A stretch of 34,050 nt of DNA from Trichomonas gallinae (taxonomy: Eukaryota), in assembly GCA_008369845.1 (NCBI GenBank), contig MRSU01001222.1, forward strand, positions 1 through 34,050. Direction: 5' to 3'. Position numbers and translations under genes: made by a program. Numbering within the stretch: position 1 is the first letter of the stretch; every line of letters starts with the position of its first letter. Under the pieces are notes generated by a model. It was not told the DNA's origin. It ran no database searches and worked only from the letters and a program-made list of their open reading frames with translations. Shown here one piece after another: positions 10,701 through 20,777 of the stretch.

Positions 10701-13700
10701 ACTTGAAGAAGTACGTTGAAGAAATCGTCAAAGATATTGCTAACGAAATTAAAGACTATAAGAAGATTATCGAGAACGTATCAACATCAAATGCCCGCGA
10801 AATCGCTCAGTTCTTGAAGAACTTCAAGAACGCAAGCAAGCACGTCGAAGAGTGGGAATCGATGATGCCTTATCTCGATGAATCAGTCAAATACTGCAAG
10901 ATCAAAGATTATCAGCAATTCAAAGAAAACTTCAACGAATTCGCATCAATGTTCAACAAGCGCAAGAACGAAATTGACACGAACAAGCAGGCAATTTGCG
11001 CAACAGTTGATGCCGAAACAGACACAATGGTCAACAACGTCAAACTCTTGCAAATCCAATGGGACAAAGTCAGACCGATCAAAGGAAATCTTGTCCCAGA
11101 GAAAGCTCTTAAAGGTCTTTCGCAGTTCGAAACAGCCTTCTCAAAGATGAAGACAGCTTGGGAAGAGTTGTCAGCTGCAAGAGAATCAATCGGATTACAA
11201 GTCGTTGTTCCATTAGAGCTCGATGGAATGATTGGCGATCTTAATGAAATCAGAAATGTTTGGAACAATCTTGCAACAATTTATGGCAAGCTTAATTCAA
11301 TGTTTGCTGTTCCATTTGCTACTTTCGTTCCACAAGAGTTTAGGTCTAAGATTGTTGGCTTGTCTGAAAAACTCCAAGCGATGGAGCAAAACATCAAGAA
11401 TTACGAACCATGGGAGTACTACTCTAACAATGTCAAGAAGATTTTGAAAGTTTATCCTACGCTCGAGGGCCTCAAATCTCCAGCAATTAAAACAAGACAC
11501 TGGACATTGATGGGCAACAAATTCAATAAGACAATTGATTACGAAAAAGTTACAGTCCAAGAAATCTACGACTTGGATTTAGAAGCAAATGCCGATTATA
11601 TTGCAGAGATAATGAGAAACGCACAAGGCGAATTCTCACTCTACCAATATCTTGAGAAGCTCAACACTACATGGAACCAGCTTGAATTTGAGTTCACTAA
11701 CTACGGCGAAAACTATCAACTTATCAAGAGCTGGGATGTTATTATGACGAACATCTCAGATCACTTGAATTTCCTCGGAACAATGCAAACATCACCATTC
11801 TTTAATGTCTTCAGAGATCAAGCTACATCATGGACAACTCGTCTTAATCAACTCCAAGTTTTACTCGATGAGTGGCTTGATGTACAAAGAAGATTCACTT
11901 ATCTCGAAGGAGTTTTCAACAGCTCTGATATTCGCTCGATTCTTGCTAAAGCCACACAATCATTCAAGAGAAATGAAAAGGAATTTGTTAAGTTAACGAA
12001 ACAAGCAGCTCAACTCAAGGTTGTTATCCAAATATTAGCAATTCCAAATATCGAAGTTACATTGACAAATCTCAATGATAATTTTGTCCAGTTGCAGAAA
12101 GAGTTATCAGATTATCTCGAGAAACAAAGAACTTTCTTCCCAAGATTCTTCTTCATCGGTGACGAAGACTTGCTTGAGATTATTGGCAAGTCATCTCAAA
12201 TCACAGAAATCCAGAAGCATTTCGGTAAAATGTTCGAAGGATTGTCAGGTGTCACATGCGAGAATAACATGATTACTCAGATTTGCTGCAGCGAAGGAGA
12301 AAAAGTTGACTTAAAGACTCACGTTAACATCGATGGCGCTGTCTATAAGATGCTGCTTGATCTTGAAAGCGAAATGAAGAATTCGCTACGTGATCAGTTG
12401 TTCGAATCAATTGAACTGTTCACCAATATTTGGCAGAACATGTCACTGGAATCATTAAAGCAATTTATAGAAGCACATCCAGCACAAATCGTTCTCCTTT
12501 CCTTCTGCATCATCACAACAATGATCTCAGAACAAAGAATTGCACAAAACGAAGTCGCCAAAGCAACAGATGAAGTAATGAAATTCATTGGCTTATTGTC
12601 TCAGTTAGTTTTCACTGATTTAACCCCAATTGCTCGTCACACTGTTCAACAGCTCATCACTGAAGGCGTCCATCATAGAAACTTATCACGACAATTAAGC
12701 GAAGTCAACAACGTTGTCGACTTCCAGTGGACAAGATATCTTAGGTTCTACATCAACAACGAGAAGAAGACAGTCGAAGCAAGAATAGGCGATGCATCAT
12801 TCAACTATGGCTTCGAATATCTTGGTTTATGCCCATTCTTAGTCAGAACACCACTCACTGATAAAGTTTATCTCACTTTAGCTCAAGCTTTGCACGCGAA
12901 ACTTGGTGGTTCTCCATTCGGCCCAGCAGGAACAGGTAAGACTGAAACAGTCAAGAACATGGGTCACCATTTAGGCAGACATGTCTTGGTGTTCAACTGC
13001 GATGAAACATTCGACTTCAAGGCCATGGGAAGAATCTTCGTAGGTTTATGCCACTGCGGATCATGGGGCTGCTTCGATGAATTCAACAGACTCGATGAGC
13101 AGATGCTTTCAGCAGTTTCACAGCAGATCCAAACAATCCAGATTGGCTTGAAATCAGGTTTACAGTCGATAGAAATCTTAGGAAAGACAACACCACTTCA
13201 AGAAAACATCGGCATCTTCATCACAATGAACCCAGGATATGCAGGACGTGTTGAGTTACCAGACAACCTCAAGCAATTGTTCAGAACAATGGCAATGAAC
13301 AAGCCAGACACAGAACTCATCACAGAAGTTCTTCTGTTCTCACAAGGCTTCTCAACAGCTGAAAGCTTAGCTCCTAAGTTTGTCACGCTATTCTCAATGG
13401 CGAAAGAAGCTCTCACAAACCAAACACACTACGATTTCGGCTTGCGTGCGATGAAGTACGTACTTGCTAACGCTGGACATCTTATTCGTCTCAACAACGC
13501 TAACTCTAACACAAGCGTTGCACCAGAAATCGAGAGCAAGCTTTTGATTTCTTCAATTGTCAACACTTTGTTCCCGAAGCTTCTTGCAAGCGATCTTGTC
13601 AAACTGAAGCAATTGATCAACGATGTTTTCCCAGGAGTCACACCAGAAGACATCAACCAGGACGAACTGATGAATTACTTGAAGGAAGAAGCCGAGAAAA

Positions 13701-16700
13701 TGGGTTGGATTGCTTCAGATGTTTGGCTGAACAAGATCATTCAGCTTTATTACATTCAGCAGATCAACCACGGCTTCATGCTCGTTGGTCCATCTGGAAC
13801 AGGTAAAACATCAGCAAGAACAATTTTGCTCAAAGTTTTGTCTATCTTAGAAAAGCAAGAAGTTGAATGCTATGTTATCAATCCTAAATCAGTCTCGAAA
13901 GAAACATTATTTGGTATGCTCGATCCTGTTACTCGCGAATGGACAGATGGTGTCTTCACGAGAATCCTCAGAACAATCGTCAACGACCAAAGAGGAGAAA
14001 TGGCTAAGAGACACTGGATCGTTTTCGATGGTGATGTCGATCCAGAATGGGTAGAAAACTTAAACTCTGTTCTCGATGATAACAAGCTTTTGACACTTCC
14101 AAACGGTGAAAGAATTTCACTGCCACCGAATGTCAGAGTTGTTTTCGAAGTCGCAAACTTGAACTTTGCAACACCAGCAACAGTCTCTCGTTGTGGTATT
14201 GTCTTCTTCTCGCAAAACACTTTGCAGAATTCAGAAATCATCCACTATTACCTCTCAACACTTCAGAGAGATCCAATTATCAAACAATCGCATATTCTTG
14301 CTAGTGAATTCATGGATCTCGCAATTCCAGATATGCTCGCTAAACAAGTCCAATCAACAGAAATCATCACACCAATTATACCACAGATTATTGAAGTGTG
14401 TGAGAATTTCTGGAACAAGAATTCTAAAAAGAGTGTCATGGAGATTCCATTTGCATCATGCATCTCTACTTTCTTCTCTTTGATCAAAGCTTCATTTATT
14501 TACTATCTCAAGCAGCAACCTAATGAAAAATTATTGCAAGAATGTGCAATTTATGCTGCCTTCTGGGCATTTTCACTTCCATTTTCTCCTGAAATTCGCA
14601 AAGAGCTTGACAAGTCTTTCCACGAATCGTTTGGAAACTTGGTACCACGCGGCTCTCTTTTGACGAGCTACATCTCATTCGAGATGAGATCATGGATGCC
14701 AATCGAAACACACAATCTTCCTAAGATTGTTGAAGGCTTAGTTCCAACACAGCAAAATGAGATCGAGAGACAAATCATGAATCTCGCATACATCGGTGGA
14801 CGCCCAATAATCTTAACTGGTCCACAAGGAATCGGTAAGAGATCAATATTCAAGTCATCGCTTTCACAATATCCAGATATCGAAACAATCAACATCAATC
14901 TTTCCAATGTTTCATCCATCGATTTCTTGCTTAGAACATTCGAACAGTTCTGCGTTTACGTTAAAACATCATCTACAATTAAGATGAAGCCAAAGAAGTC
15001 AAATACTTCATTAGCATTCATCTGCAATGATATGAACCTTCCAGCTCTAGATAAATATGGAACACAACGCGTTGTAGAATTCTTGCGTCAAATTTTGGAG
15101 TCAAATGGTTTCTGGCATCCTCAAAGAAGAGAATGGATTCAGCTCGAAAACATCACATTGGTTGGTGTCTGCGAACTGCCAACAGAATATGGACGCGTCA
15201 AGCTGAGCGAAAGATTCTTGAGACACGTAGCCGTTTTCAACATTCAGCATCCATCAAGTGAAGAAGTTAATACAATTATCTCCAATTTGATTGAATCATA
15301 CGATGTACCTGAGAAAGAAGCAACAGCAACAACCATCTGCAATTTCTACTTCGATTACAAAGATCACTTCAGAGCATCAGAGCAGATCCACTACAATGTT
15401 AACATGAGAGACATCATTGCATGGCTCAACAGCTTCATCTACGCGTTTAAGAGCGCTTTGGGTAATGACCCAGCCCACGTTTTATTCTATGAAGGCTTAA
15501 GAATCTTCTCAGACAGATTAGAAAAATCTGACGAGAAAGAAGCAGTCAAAGATATGATGCAGAATGCTGTTCTCAAGGAATTCTCAGGCATCAATGATTT
15601 ATTCGAACAAGACATGGTATACACAAGACTCATTGATGGAAATTATAGACCATATCCAAGAGATGAAGTCACCACCAAAATCATTAAGAAGATGAAAGAC
15701 TTCTGCGATGAAAACGCAACGAAAGAAATGATTTACTTCGGTGAAGCCATTGATGAGTTCTGCAGAATCGAAAGAAGATTATCTGAACCAGGTGGCCATC
15801 AACTTTTAGTCGGTTTAAGTGGTACAGGAAAGATTTCAATGACAAACTTCGTTGCTTGGTGCTTAGACATTCCAGTGTTCAGACTCAGAATCCACAAAGA
15901 ATACGGCATCAACGACTTCGACATGGACTTGAGGAGAATTTTGCGCAAATGTCTCGAAGGAAATGTTTGCATGATTGTCAAAGACACAGATTTGGTCCTT
16001 CCCATTTTCACAGAAAGATTAAATGTTTTGCTGACAGAAGGTGCAATCCCAGGTTTGTTCCAAGGTGATGAGTATCAAGCTCTCATTGCAGCAGCCAAAG
16101 ATGTTGCGAGATTGGCAAATCAGATGACAGAAAATGATGATGACATCTTCAATTTCTTCATCGACAAAGTCTCAACAAATCTCCACATTATTTTCACTTC
16201 CAATTCAGCTAAGGTCGACATGAACATCAAGAGCATTGAGTTCCCATCATTGCTGGCAACATGCAACATCAATTGGATTGGCGCATGGTCTAATGATTCG
16301 CTTAGGTTCTTTGCGACAAAGATTTTAACTCAAAACGAACTTGATATTAATGCTCAATTACTAGACACATTGATACAGATCCACAAAGACTCCTGCGATA
16401 CATCAAACTCACTTCAGATCACAAACTATGTTTCACCAAGGTACTTCTTCGAATTCATTGAACAATACTGCAGAATCTATAAAGAAAAGTACAACAGCAT
16501 CCAATCAGACAAAATCCATTTGTCTAAAGGTCTTCAGAAGTTGAAGGAAACTCAATCAGAAGTCAAGAAGATGGGCGTTGAACTTGAGAAGAAGAAAGTC
16601 ATCCTCAAAGAATCAGAAGTCAAAGCAGAGCAGAAACTCGAAGAAATCATCAAAGACAAAGAAACAACGAAGCTTAAACAAACGGAAGCCGAAAAGATTA

Positions 16701-19700
16701 AAGAACAGCTTGACGAAAAAACTGCTATAATCAACAAAGACAAATCATCCGCCCAGGCCGAGCTTGATGCTATTGCACCACTTATTGCTGAAGCTGCAAA
16801 CTCTGTCCAAAACATCAAGAAATCAAATCTTGATGAAATCAGAAGATTCAAGCAGCCTCCGGATGTTGTCAAGAACACATTGGCGGCCGTTTTAACTTTG
16901 TTGGGCCAAAGGACAACAGACTGGGGTTCAATTCAAAAGTCAATCTCGGGAGAATCATTCATCAAGCAGGTTGTCGACTTCAAAGTTGATGCCAGCGCTG
17001 CAGGAGCAATCAAACGTGCCAAACAGATGATCAATGCTACAGATTTAACATACGAAAAAGCCGACAGAGCTTCCAAAGCTTGCGGACCTTTGTTCAAGTG
17101 GTTGGATGCAAACTTGAGATACTTGGAAATTGTTGAATCGACCGAACCACTCCGCAACAAAGTTGCCGCACTCGAAGAGGAAGCTAACGAGCTTTCAAAG
17201 AAGCACGAAGACATGAACTTGACAATCAAGGCTCTCGAAAGATCATTGAAGAGGATCACATTGGAATATCAACAGTTGACATCGCAATGCGATCAATATC
17301 GTAAAGAAGCAGAACAAGTTCAAGTCAAATTAGACAGAGCGCAGCATCTTCTCCAGTCTCTCACAAGCGAAACAAAGAGATGGAATGACAGAAACAATGC
17401 TTTCCAGACAGATTTCGATAATTTGATTGGTCACTCGATATTATCATCTGCTTTCGTCGCTTATTGCGGTTTCTTGGACCAGCAGCACAGAATTGATTCT
17501 TTATACAGATGGATGTCCATTCTCAGCGAGCAGGGAATTAGATACTCGGAAGAGTTCCAGATTGTCAACTTCATGACAACACCAAACAAACTAATTGAGT
17601 GGAGCAAGAAAGATTTGCCTCAGGATGACCTTTGCATACAGAACTCAATCATTCTCGATTCACAGACATCAAGAATTCCACTTATTGTTGATCCAGCAGG
17701 TCAAGCAACTCAGTTCATCTGCAACATGTACGAGAAAATCATCAAGACATCTTTCGCTGATCCTAAATTCCCGAAGCACTTAGAATCATGTCTTAGATTC
17801 GGTACAACACTTTTGATTGAAGATGGTGAACAGATGGATCAGCTGATTCTTCCTGTTTTGGCTCACGAATTCAAGAAGGCTGGCGGTAGAATGCTATTAG
17901 ACTTGAAGAGAAACGAAATCGATATTTCTCCATCGTTCAAGATGTTTATTGTAACAAGAGACACAGATTTTGCCCCACAACCATCAATTTCTTCTTTGAC
18001 AGTTTTGATCAACTTCAGCGTCACTTCTTTGTCACTCAAGGCTCAATGCTTGACAAGATTGTTACAAGTGAAGCTTCCTGACATCGAAAGCCGCAGACAA
18101 GAGCTTCATCAGTCTCTTTCAACAATGCAAGTCTCCCTTTCTAAGCTCGAAGATGACATGCTCGATGTTTTCTCAAAGACTAAAGGTGAAATCCTTGAAG
18201 ACGACAACCTTCTTCATTTGCTCGAAAATATCAAGAATGAATCCATGTCAATTGAGCAGAAAGCCACAGAAACAAGGAATACATTGCAGGAAATCAGCAA
18301 GACATCAGATCAATTCTCTCCTGTTGCTGAAATAGCCACAAGCCTTTACCTCGCTTTGAGAGATATGTCATGTGTCCACTTCTTGTATCAGTTCTCTTTG
18401 AACTTCTTCTGGGGAGTTTTCGATAAAGTCATCGAAATGAACATCACACCCGAGAAATTGATTGATACGATGACGAAAGAACTCTTCACAGCTGTTTCCT
18501 ATTCATTACTCAACCGCCATGTAACTGTTTTTGGATTCAGATTCAGCCAGATTTTATTGGAGTACAAAGGAGTTGCTGTTGATGATAGTTTGTACAACAT
18601 TGCGTTAAGAGGAACTGTTATTGGCGGCAAAGAACCACAGTTCATGACAGCGGCAAATGAAGCACCAATCACTAACTGGCTGTCAAAAGATGCACCAGAA
18701 TCTGAAATTCCTGACAATGTTCTTCAAGTTTTAGGACAGAACGACCATAAAGCAATCACGGCTCTCAAGGTCCTCGCTATCATCAGGAGACACAGGCAAG
18801 ACAGAATTGTTGCAGCAGCAAATATGTTCATTCGCTCTGCTTTTGATTACGATGTCTTGGACACACCACCTTTGGATATTTCAGCAACAGCGAAATCACT
18901 CCCAACAACTGTTCCTCTCCTTCTCTGCGCTGCAGCAGGCCACGATCCATCGGATAAAGTGGAGGCTGAAGCAGGCCAGAAAGTAGTTTCAATTGCTGTT
19001 GGTGCTCCAGATACATACGCAAACATCGAGAAAGCAGTCGCAGCCGCTGCTCAAAGAGGAGTTTGGGTTATCGTCAAGAATGTCCATCTCGCTCCATTCT
19101 GGGTCAGAACATTCATCAAAACAGTCCAGCAGATGAACCCTGCACAAGGCTTCAGGTTATTCATGACATCGGAAATCAATCCTAAAGTCGGAGGAAACGT
19201 TTTCAGGACATGCAGAGTCATTGTATTCGAGCCAGCTACAGGCATCAAAGCAAATCTCAAGAGATTGTCGAACTTCCCATGGCCAGAAGTTGCCAAAGAG
19301 AAGAGCAGCATCTGCATGCAGTTCTTGTGGCTCCATGCTGTCATTGTCGAACGTTTGCGCTTTGCTCCTCTTGGCTGGTCTAAGTTCTACGAGTTCAATA
19401 ACTCCGATCTCAAGTTTGCGACACAAGTTGGATTCCGCTGGATGAATTCCTCGAAATCAGTTCCTTGGGATTCGCTCAAGTTCCTCACATCAATGTGCGC
19501 TTATGGTGGCAGAGTAGATGTTGCTCCAGACAGCCGCGTTCTTCAAAATCTCGCTGAGTTGATCTTCAAAGAAAAGCCGGAAATTTACGGTAACCCGAAT
19601 GTTACAAATCAAGAGGAATTCAAGAACTGGGTTGATAATCTCCCAGGTGACGAAAATCCAGATGTTCTATATTTACCACGTGCGAGCGGCAAATTCCTCT

Positions 19701-20578
19701 TCGTTCAGCTCGGCAACGAAACGATCCAATCCATTCTCAGCGCTTCAGCAGGCACCGTCTCGCGCGGAATGAAGGAGAAGCAGTCAATGTTCATTAAAGC
19801 TCTTCTCGAACAATGGAAGGAGAAACTTGAAGCATCACCAATATCTGACCATTCCGTTCTGTTGAATACTGACAGTTTGATTGCTACAGCATTGTCAGAC
19901 GAAATAGCAACGCTTAAGGAAACAAGAGAACTCATTTTAACCGACATCAACCGTATTCTCGAGACACTTGAGAATCGCGATGCGTTGACACAGAACCAGC
20001 AGAAGATCATAGAGTCATTGAACAAAGGCGAAATTCCATCCAAGTGGAATCCGCACCACTTCATCTGCTTAGATCTTGGAAAGTGGATCGATGACTTCAT
20101 GGCTAGAATTTCTCAATTCAATACCTGCATAACAGATAAAAACATGTGCAAGAACAAATTACATGCTGGATTGTTGATGTCTCCCGAGACACTCGTTGCT
20201 GCTTCTAAACAAACAGCTTCGAGAATCAATAAATGGCCAATAGAAAGAATGGTCATGAAGCTTGTTGTCCAGCCAAAGAAGATGAACCCACACTACGACA
20301 TCTGCTTCGTTGGCTTAAGCCTCCTCTCTGCAGCATGGGGCGATGGATCTCTTCAAGCTGCCGATGAAGTAGTCAACAAACTTCCTCCCACTGTTGTCAC
20401 GTGGGAACTTGACGCAGAGAGGGAGCCAATAACGAATCCAGTTATGATTCCATTCTTCATGACACAAAGCAAGAAGAAGCTTCTGTTCGAGGCAGCTCTC
20501 CAAGCAGACCAATCGCATTCACAGAATTGGTGGGCTGTTCGCAATCCGGCAATTGTCATTCAGAAATATGGATTATAA
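7754..20578 (+). CDS. DYNC1H1: Cytoplasmic dynein-1-type heavy chain (4274 aa)
   Basis: AAA1 SPFGPAGTGKT (P-loop 12920-12943), CFDEFNRL, TMNPGYAGR; AAA2 GPSGTGKT (13787-13810); WIVFDGDVDPEWVENLNSVLDDNKLLTLPNGER; NLPALDKYGTQRV; stalk coiled coil with MTBD (LDEIRRFKQPP...RASKACGPLFKW); AAA6 KNVHLAP. These signatures match dynein-1 rather than dynein-2 or axonemal dyneins. Confidence 0.93.
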   Translation: MSLLLPQELIEYLAPTVSQLFKIDKSQAVNELKEYSSVFEKFVSNNSEQYILIQQSDHLMVLNALENTGSSVLFCHKNSEKLYKSKFLSNLTILPIPSDSILSIMQSLVGRLFLPLLQNKSNLDDSLQKDLYDNLSNSNISMSRCLSNTRFPEPILDIDEKFYNINETVPLTPEQESQILTSIENWKLTVDSIIMDCKNPPNFENLQEEIGFWPLISSRIEQVMQQVQTISNSRLPEIIKSHRKLFPENLNSLKSNEFYKNISNFSEHLGKFNLSLFENVDDINKITDMIIESTEFLQQEIFREQSFDFRCLPLFKLLNKEILKNLLNIIAKSDILRKSSDDFEAILMDTQSIVEIWRDQNKAIIEIPNLSNYKHELNIERSDIDKKCNNIIALMKQLKESKENYHAFFTALNKHPEVATNDMKLKLQNAYEQLSNNITFEISKEGIQKRNTVIYEYNQAIEAVEAEIAEVISTMISNIKDLLGMQEIFIKYKEMVTRPTIQSYLIKNQHDFVSSIEDQIDLLKKDFENFTKQNIYTYLFQKGISTDGVRLIIIKRIETRLNRFKQMLVDVVGTNWENLNICQNLATSVHEIEKKISNESDLSKLEEMFHSKPDTIGQSIFTTEKRNGKQSLTVKYSQKYSNTISTYRTAKQLGLPFDQRAVENIETLIRSYNRYVQLNEAIIMWNSIIDFTDKDVLKFSAEYLSDIYNYIKDGWKKQWDTPKLDDFILEFTQSIIFFKTDLAKYRKINETICSYVEKIGQTDDSQQIIEYLGEILVLVEQKLFPNTKFKNKELYCEQLNHKIAEHLKAKIDKTFMFWDEKLSNNQPIGNNEVIVIKVSLSTSNQIVFSPHYDQIHPMLNRIFTETINNYLPQLEFLQFQDLIETKQVDTIYDHFEKISEKVAKSVNNWHKYQFFFSNEPSVINYENSIANWTSFLEMLVSVYSGVKSMSPKDHFGCVMIDATKLHPEILERLTLWHKEIAKNLKKYVEEIVKDIANEIKDYKKIIENVSTSNAREIAQFLKNFKNASKHVEEWESMMPYLDESVKYCKIKDYQQFKENFNEFASMFNKRKNEIDTNKQAICATVDAETDTMVNNVKLLQIQWDKVRPIKGNLVPEKALKGLSQFETAFSKMKTAWEELSAARESIGLQVVVPLELDGMIGDLNEIRNVWNNLATIYGKLNSMFAVPFATFVPQEFRSKIVGLSEKLQAMEQNIKNYEPWEYYSNNVKKILKVYPTLEGLKSPAIKTRHWTLMGNKFNKTIDYEKVTVQEIYDLDLEANADYIAEIMRNAQGEFSLYQYLEKLNTTWNQLEFEFTNYGENYQLIKSWDVIMTNISDHLNFLGTMQTSPFFNVFRDQATSWTTRLNQLQVLLDEWLDVQRRFTYLEGVFNSSDIRSILAKATQSFKRNEKEFVKLTKQAAQLKVVIQILAIPNIEVTLTNLNDNFVQLQKELSDYLEKQRTFFPRFFFIGDEDLLEIIGKSSQITEIQKHFGKMFEGLSGVTCENNMITQICCSEGEKVDLKTHVNIDGAVYKMLLDLESEMKNSLRDQLFESIELFTNIWQNMSLESLKQFIEAHPAQIVLLSFCIITTMISEQRIAQNEVAKATDEVMKFIGLLSQLVFTDLTPIARHTVQQLITEGVHHRNLSRQLSEVNNVVDFQWTRYLRFYINNEKKTVEARIGDASFNYGFEYLGLCPFLVRTPLTDKVYLTLAQALHAKLGGSPFGPAGTGKTETVKNMGHHLGRHVLVFNCDETFDFKAMGRIFVGLCHCGSWGCFDEFNRLDEQMLSAVSQQIQTIQIGLKSGLQSIEILGKTTPLQENIGIFITMNPGYAGRVELPDNLKQLFRTMAMNKPDTELITEVLLFSQGFSTAESLAPKFVTLFSMAKEALTNQTHYDFGLRAMKYVLANAGHLIRLNNANSNTSVAPEIESKLLISSIVNTLFPKLLASDLVKLKQLINDVFPGVTPEDINQDELMNYLKEEAEKMGWIASDVWLNKIIQLYYIQQINHGFMLVGPSGTGKTSARTILLKVLSILEKQEVECYVINPKSVSKETLFGMLDPVTREWTDGVFTRILRTIVNDQRGEMAKRHWIVFDGDVDPEWVENLNSVLDDNKLLTLPNGERISLPPNVRVVFEVANLNFATPATVSRCGIVFFSQNTLQNSEIIHYYLSTLQRDPIIKQSHILASEFMDLAIPDMLAKQVQSTEIITPIIPQIIEVCENFWNKNSKKSVMEIPFASCISTFFSLIKASFIYYLKQQPNEKLLQECAIYAAFWAFSLPFSPEIRKELDKSFHESFGNLVPRGSLLTSYISFEMRSWMPIETHNLPKIVEGLVPTQQNEIERQIMNLAYIGGRPIILTGPQGIGKRSIFKSSLSQYPDIETININLSNVSSIDFLLRTFEQFCVYVKTSSTIKMKPKKSNTSLAFICNDMNLPALDKYGTQRVVEFLRQILESNGFWHPQRREWIQLENITLVGVCELPTEYGRVKLSERFLRHVAVFNIQHPSSEEVNTIISNLIESYDVPEKEATATTICNFYFDYKDHFRASEQIHYNVNMRDIIAWLNSFIYAFKSALGNDPAHVLFYEGLRIFSDRLEKSDEKEAVKDMMQNAVLKEFSGINDLFEQDMVYTRLIDGNYRPYPRDEVTTKIIKKMKDFCDENATKEMIYFGEAIDEFCRIERRLSEPGGHQLLVGLSGTGKISMTNFVAWCLDIPVFRLRIHKEYGINDFDMDLRRILRKCLEGNVCMIVKDTDLVLPIFTERLNVLLTEGAIPGLFQGDEYQALIAAAKDVARLANQMTENDDDIFNFFIDKVSTNLHIIFTSNSAKVDMNIKSIEFPSLLATCNINWIGAWSNDSLRFFATKILTQNELDINAQLLDTLIQIHKDSCDTSNSLQITNYVSPRYFFEFIEQYCRIYKEKYNSIQSDKIHLSKGLQKLKETQSEVKKMGVELEKKKVILKESEVKAEQKLEEIIKDKETTKLKQTEAEKIKEQLDEKTAIINKDKSSAQAELDAIAPLIAEAANSVQNIKKSNLDEIRRFKQPPDVVKNTLAAVLTLLGQRTTDWGSIQKSISGESFIKQVVDFKVDASAAGAIKRAKQMINATDLTYEKADRASKACGPLFKWLDANLRYLEIVESTEPLRNKVAALEEEANELSKKHEDMNLTIKALERSLKRITLEYQQLTSQCDQYRKEAEQVQVKLDRAQHLLQSLTSETKRWNDRNNAFQTDFDNLIGHSILSSAFVAYCGFLDQQHRIDSLYRWMSILSEQGIRYSEEFQIVNFMTTPNKLIEWSKKDLPQDDLCIQNSIILDSQTSRIPLIVDPAGQATQFICNMYEKIIKTSFADPKFPKHLESCLRFGTTLLIEDGEQMDQLILPVLAHEFKKAGGRMLLDLKRNEIDISPSFKMFIVTRDTDFAPQPSISSLTVLINFSVTSLSLKAQCLTRLLQVKLPDIESRRQELHQSLSTMQVSLSKLEDDMLDVFSKTKGEILEDDNLLHLLENIKNESMSIEQKATETRNTLQEISKTSDQFSPVAEIATSLYLALRDMSCVHFLYQFSLNFFWGVFDKVIEMNITPEKLIDTMTKELFTAVSYSLLNRHVTVFGFRFSQILLEYKGVAVDDSLYNIALRGTVIGGKEPQFMTAANEAPITNWLSKDAPESEIPDNVLQVLGQNDHKAITALKVLAIIRRHRQDRIVAAANMFIRSAFDYDVLDTPPLDISATAKSLPTTVPLLLCAAAGHDPSDKVEAEAGQKVVSIAVGAPDTYANIEKAVAAAAQRGVWVIVKNVHLAPFWVRTFIKTVQQMNPAQGFRLFMTSEINPKVGGNVFRTCRVIVFEPATGIKANLKRLSNFPWPEVAKEKSSICMQFLWLHAVIVERLRFAPLGWSKFYEFNNSDLKFATQVGFRWMNSSKSVPWDSLKFLTSMCAYGGRVDVAPDSRVLQNLAELIFKEKPEIYGNPNVTNQEEFKNWVDNLPGDENPDVLYLPRASGKFLFVQLGNETIQSILSASAGTVSRGMKEKQSMFIKALLEQWKEKLEASPISDHSVLLNTDSLIATALSDEIATLKETRELILTDINRILETLENRDALTQNQQKIIESLNKGEIPSKWNPHHFICLDLGKWIDDFMARISQFNTCITDKNMCKNKLHAGLLMSPETLVAASKQTASRINKWPIERMVMKLVVQPKKMNPHYDICFVGLSLLSAAWGDGSLQAADEVVNKLPPTVVTWELDAEREPITNPVMIPFFMTQSKKKLLFEAALQADQSHSQNWWAVRNPAIVIQKYGL

Positions 20579-20777
20579 TTTTATTTACATGTTCAATAAA
20601 ATATTGTATTTATTTTAAATACATTGAAACGCAAATAAATGTCCGAGAAAGACAGACATCATTGCCTCTTGCTGTTTTAATGAAGACGTTAAAATTTTTT
20701 TTTCTGTCACGTGGAAAAAAGCAGATAGCAGGGACTGAATAATGAAGGGGTGTCATAAAATTTTGTTATGGGCGTGA

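Noticed and set aside
7754..20578. Assignment as dynein-2 or axonemal dynein because AAA3/AAA4 are degenerate
   Set aside because: Diagnostic blocks (SPFGPAG, LSAVSQQIQ, ILRTIVNDQRGE, LTLPNGERISLPPNVR, DKYGTQRV) follow dynein-1.
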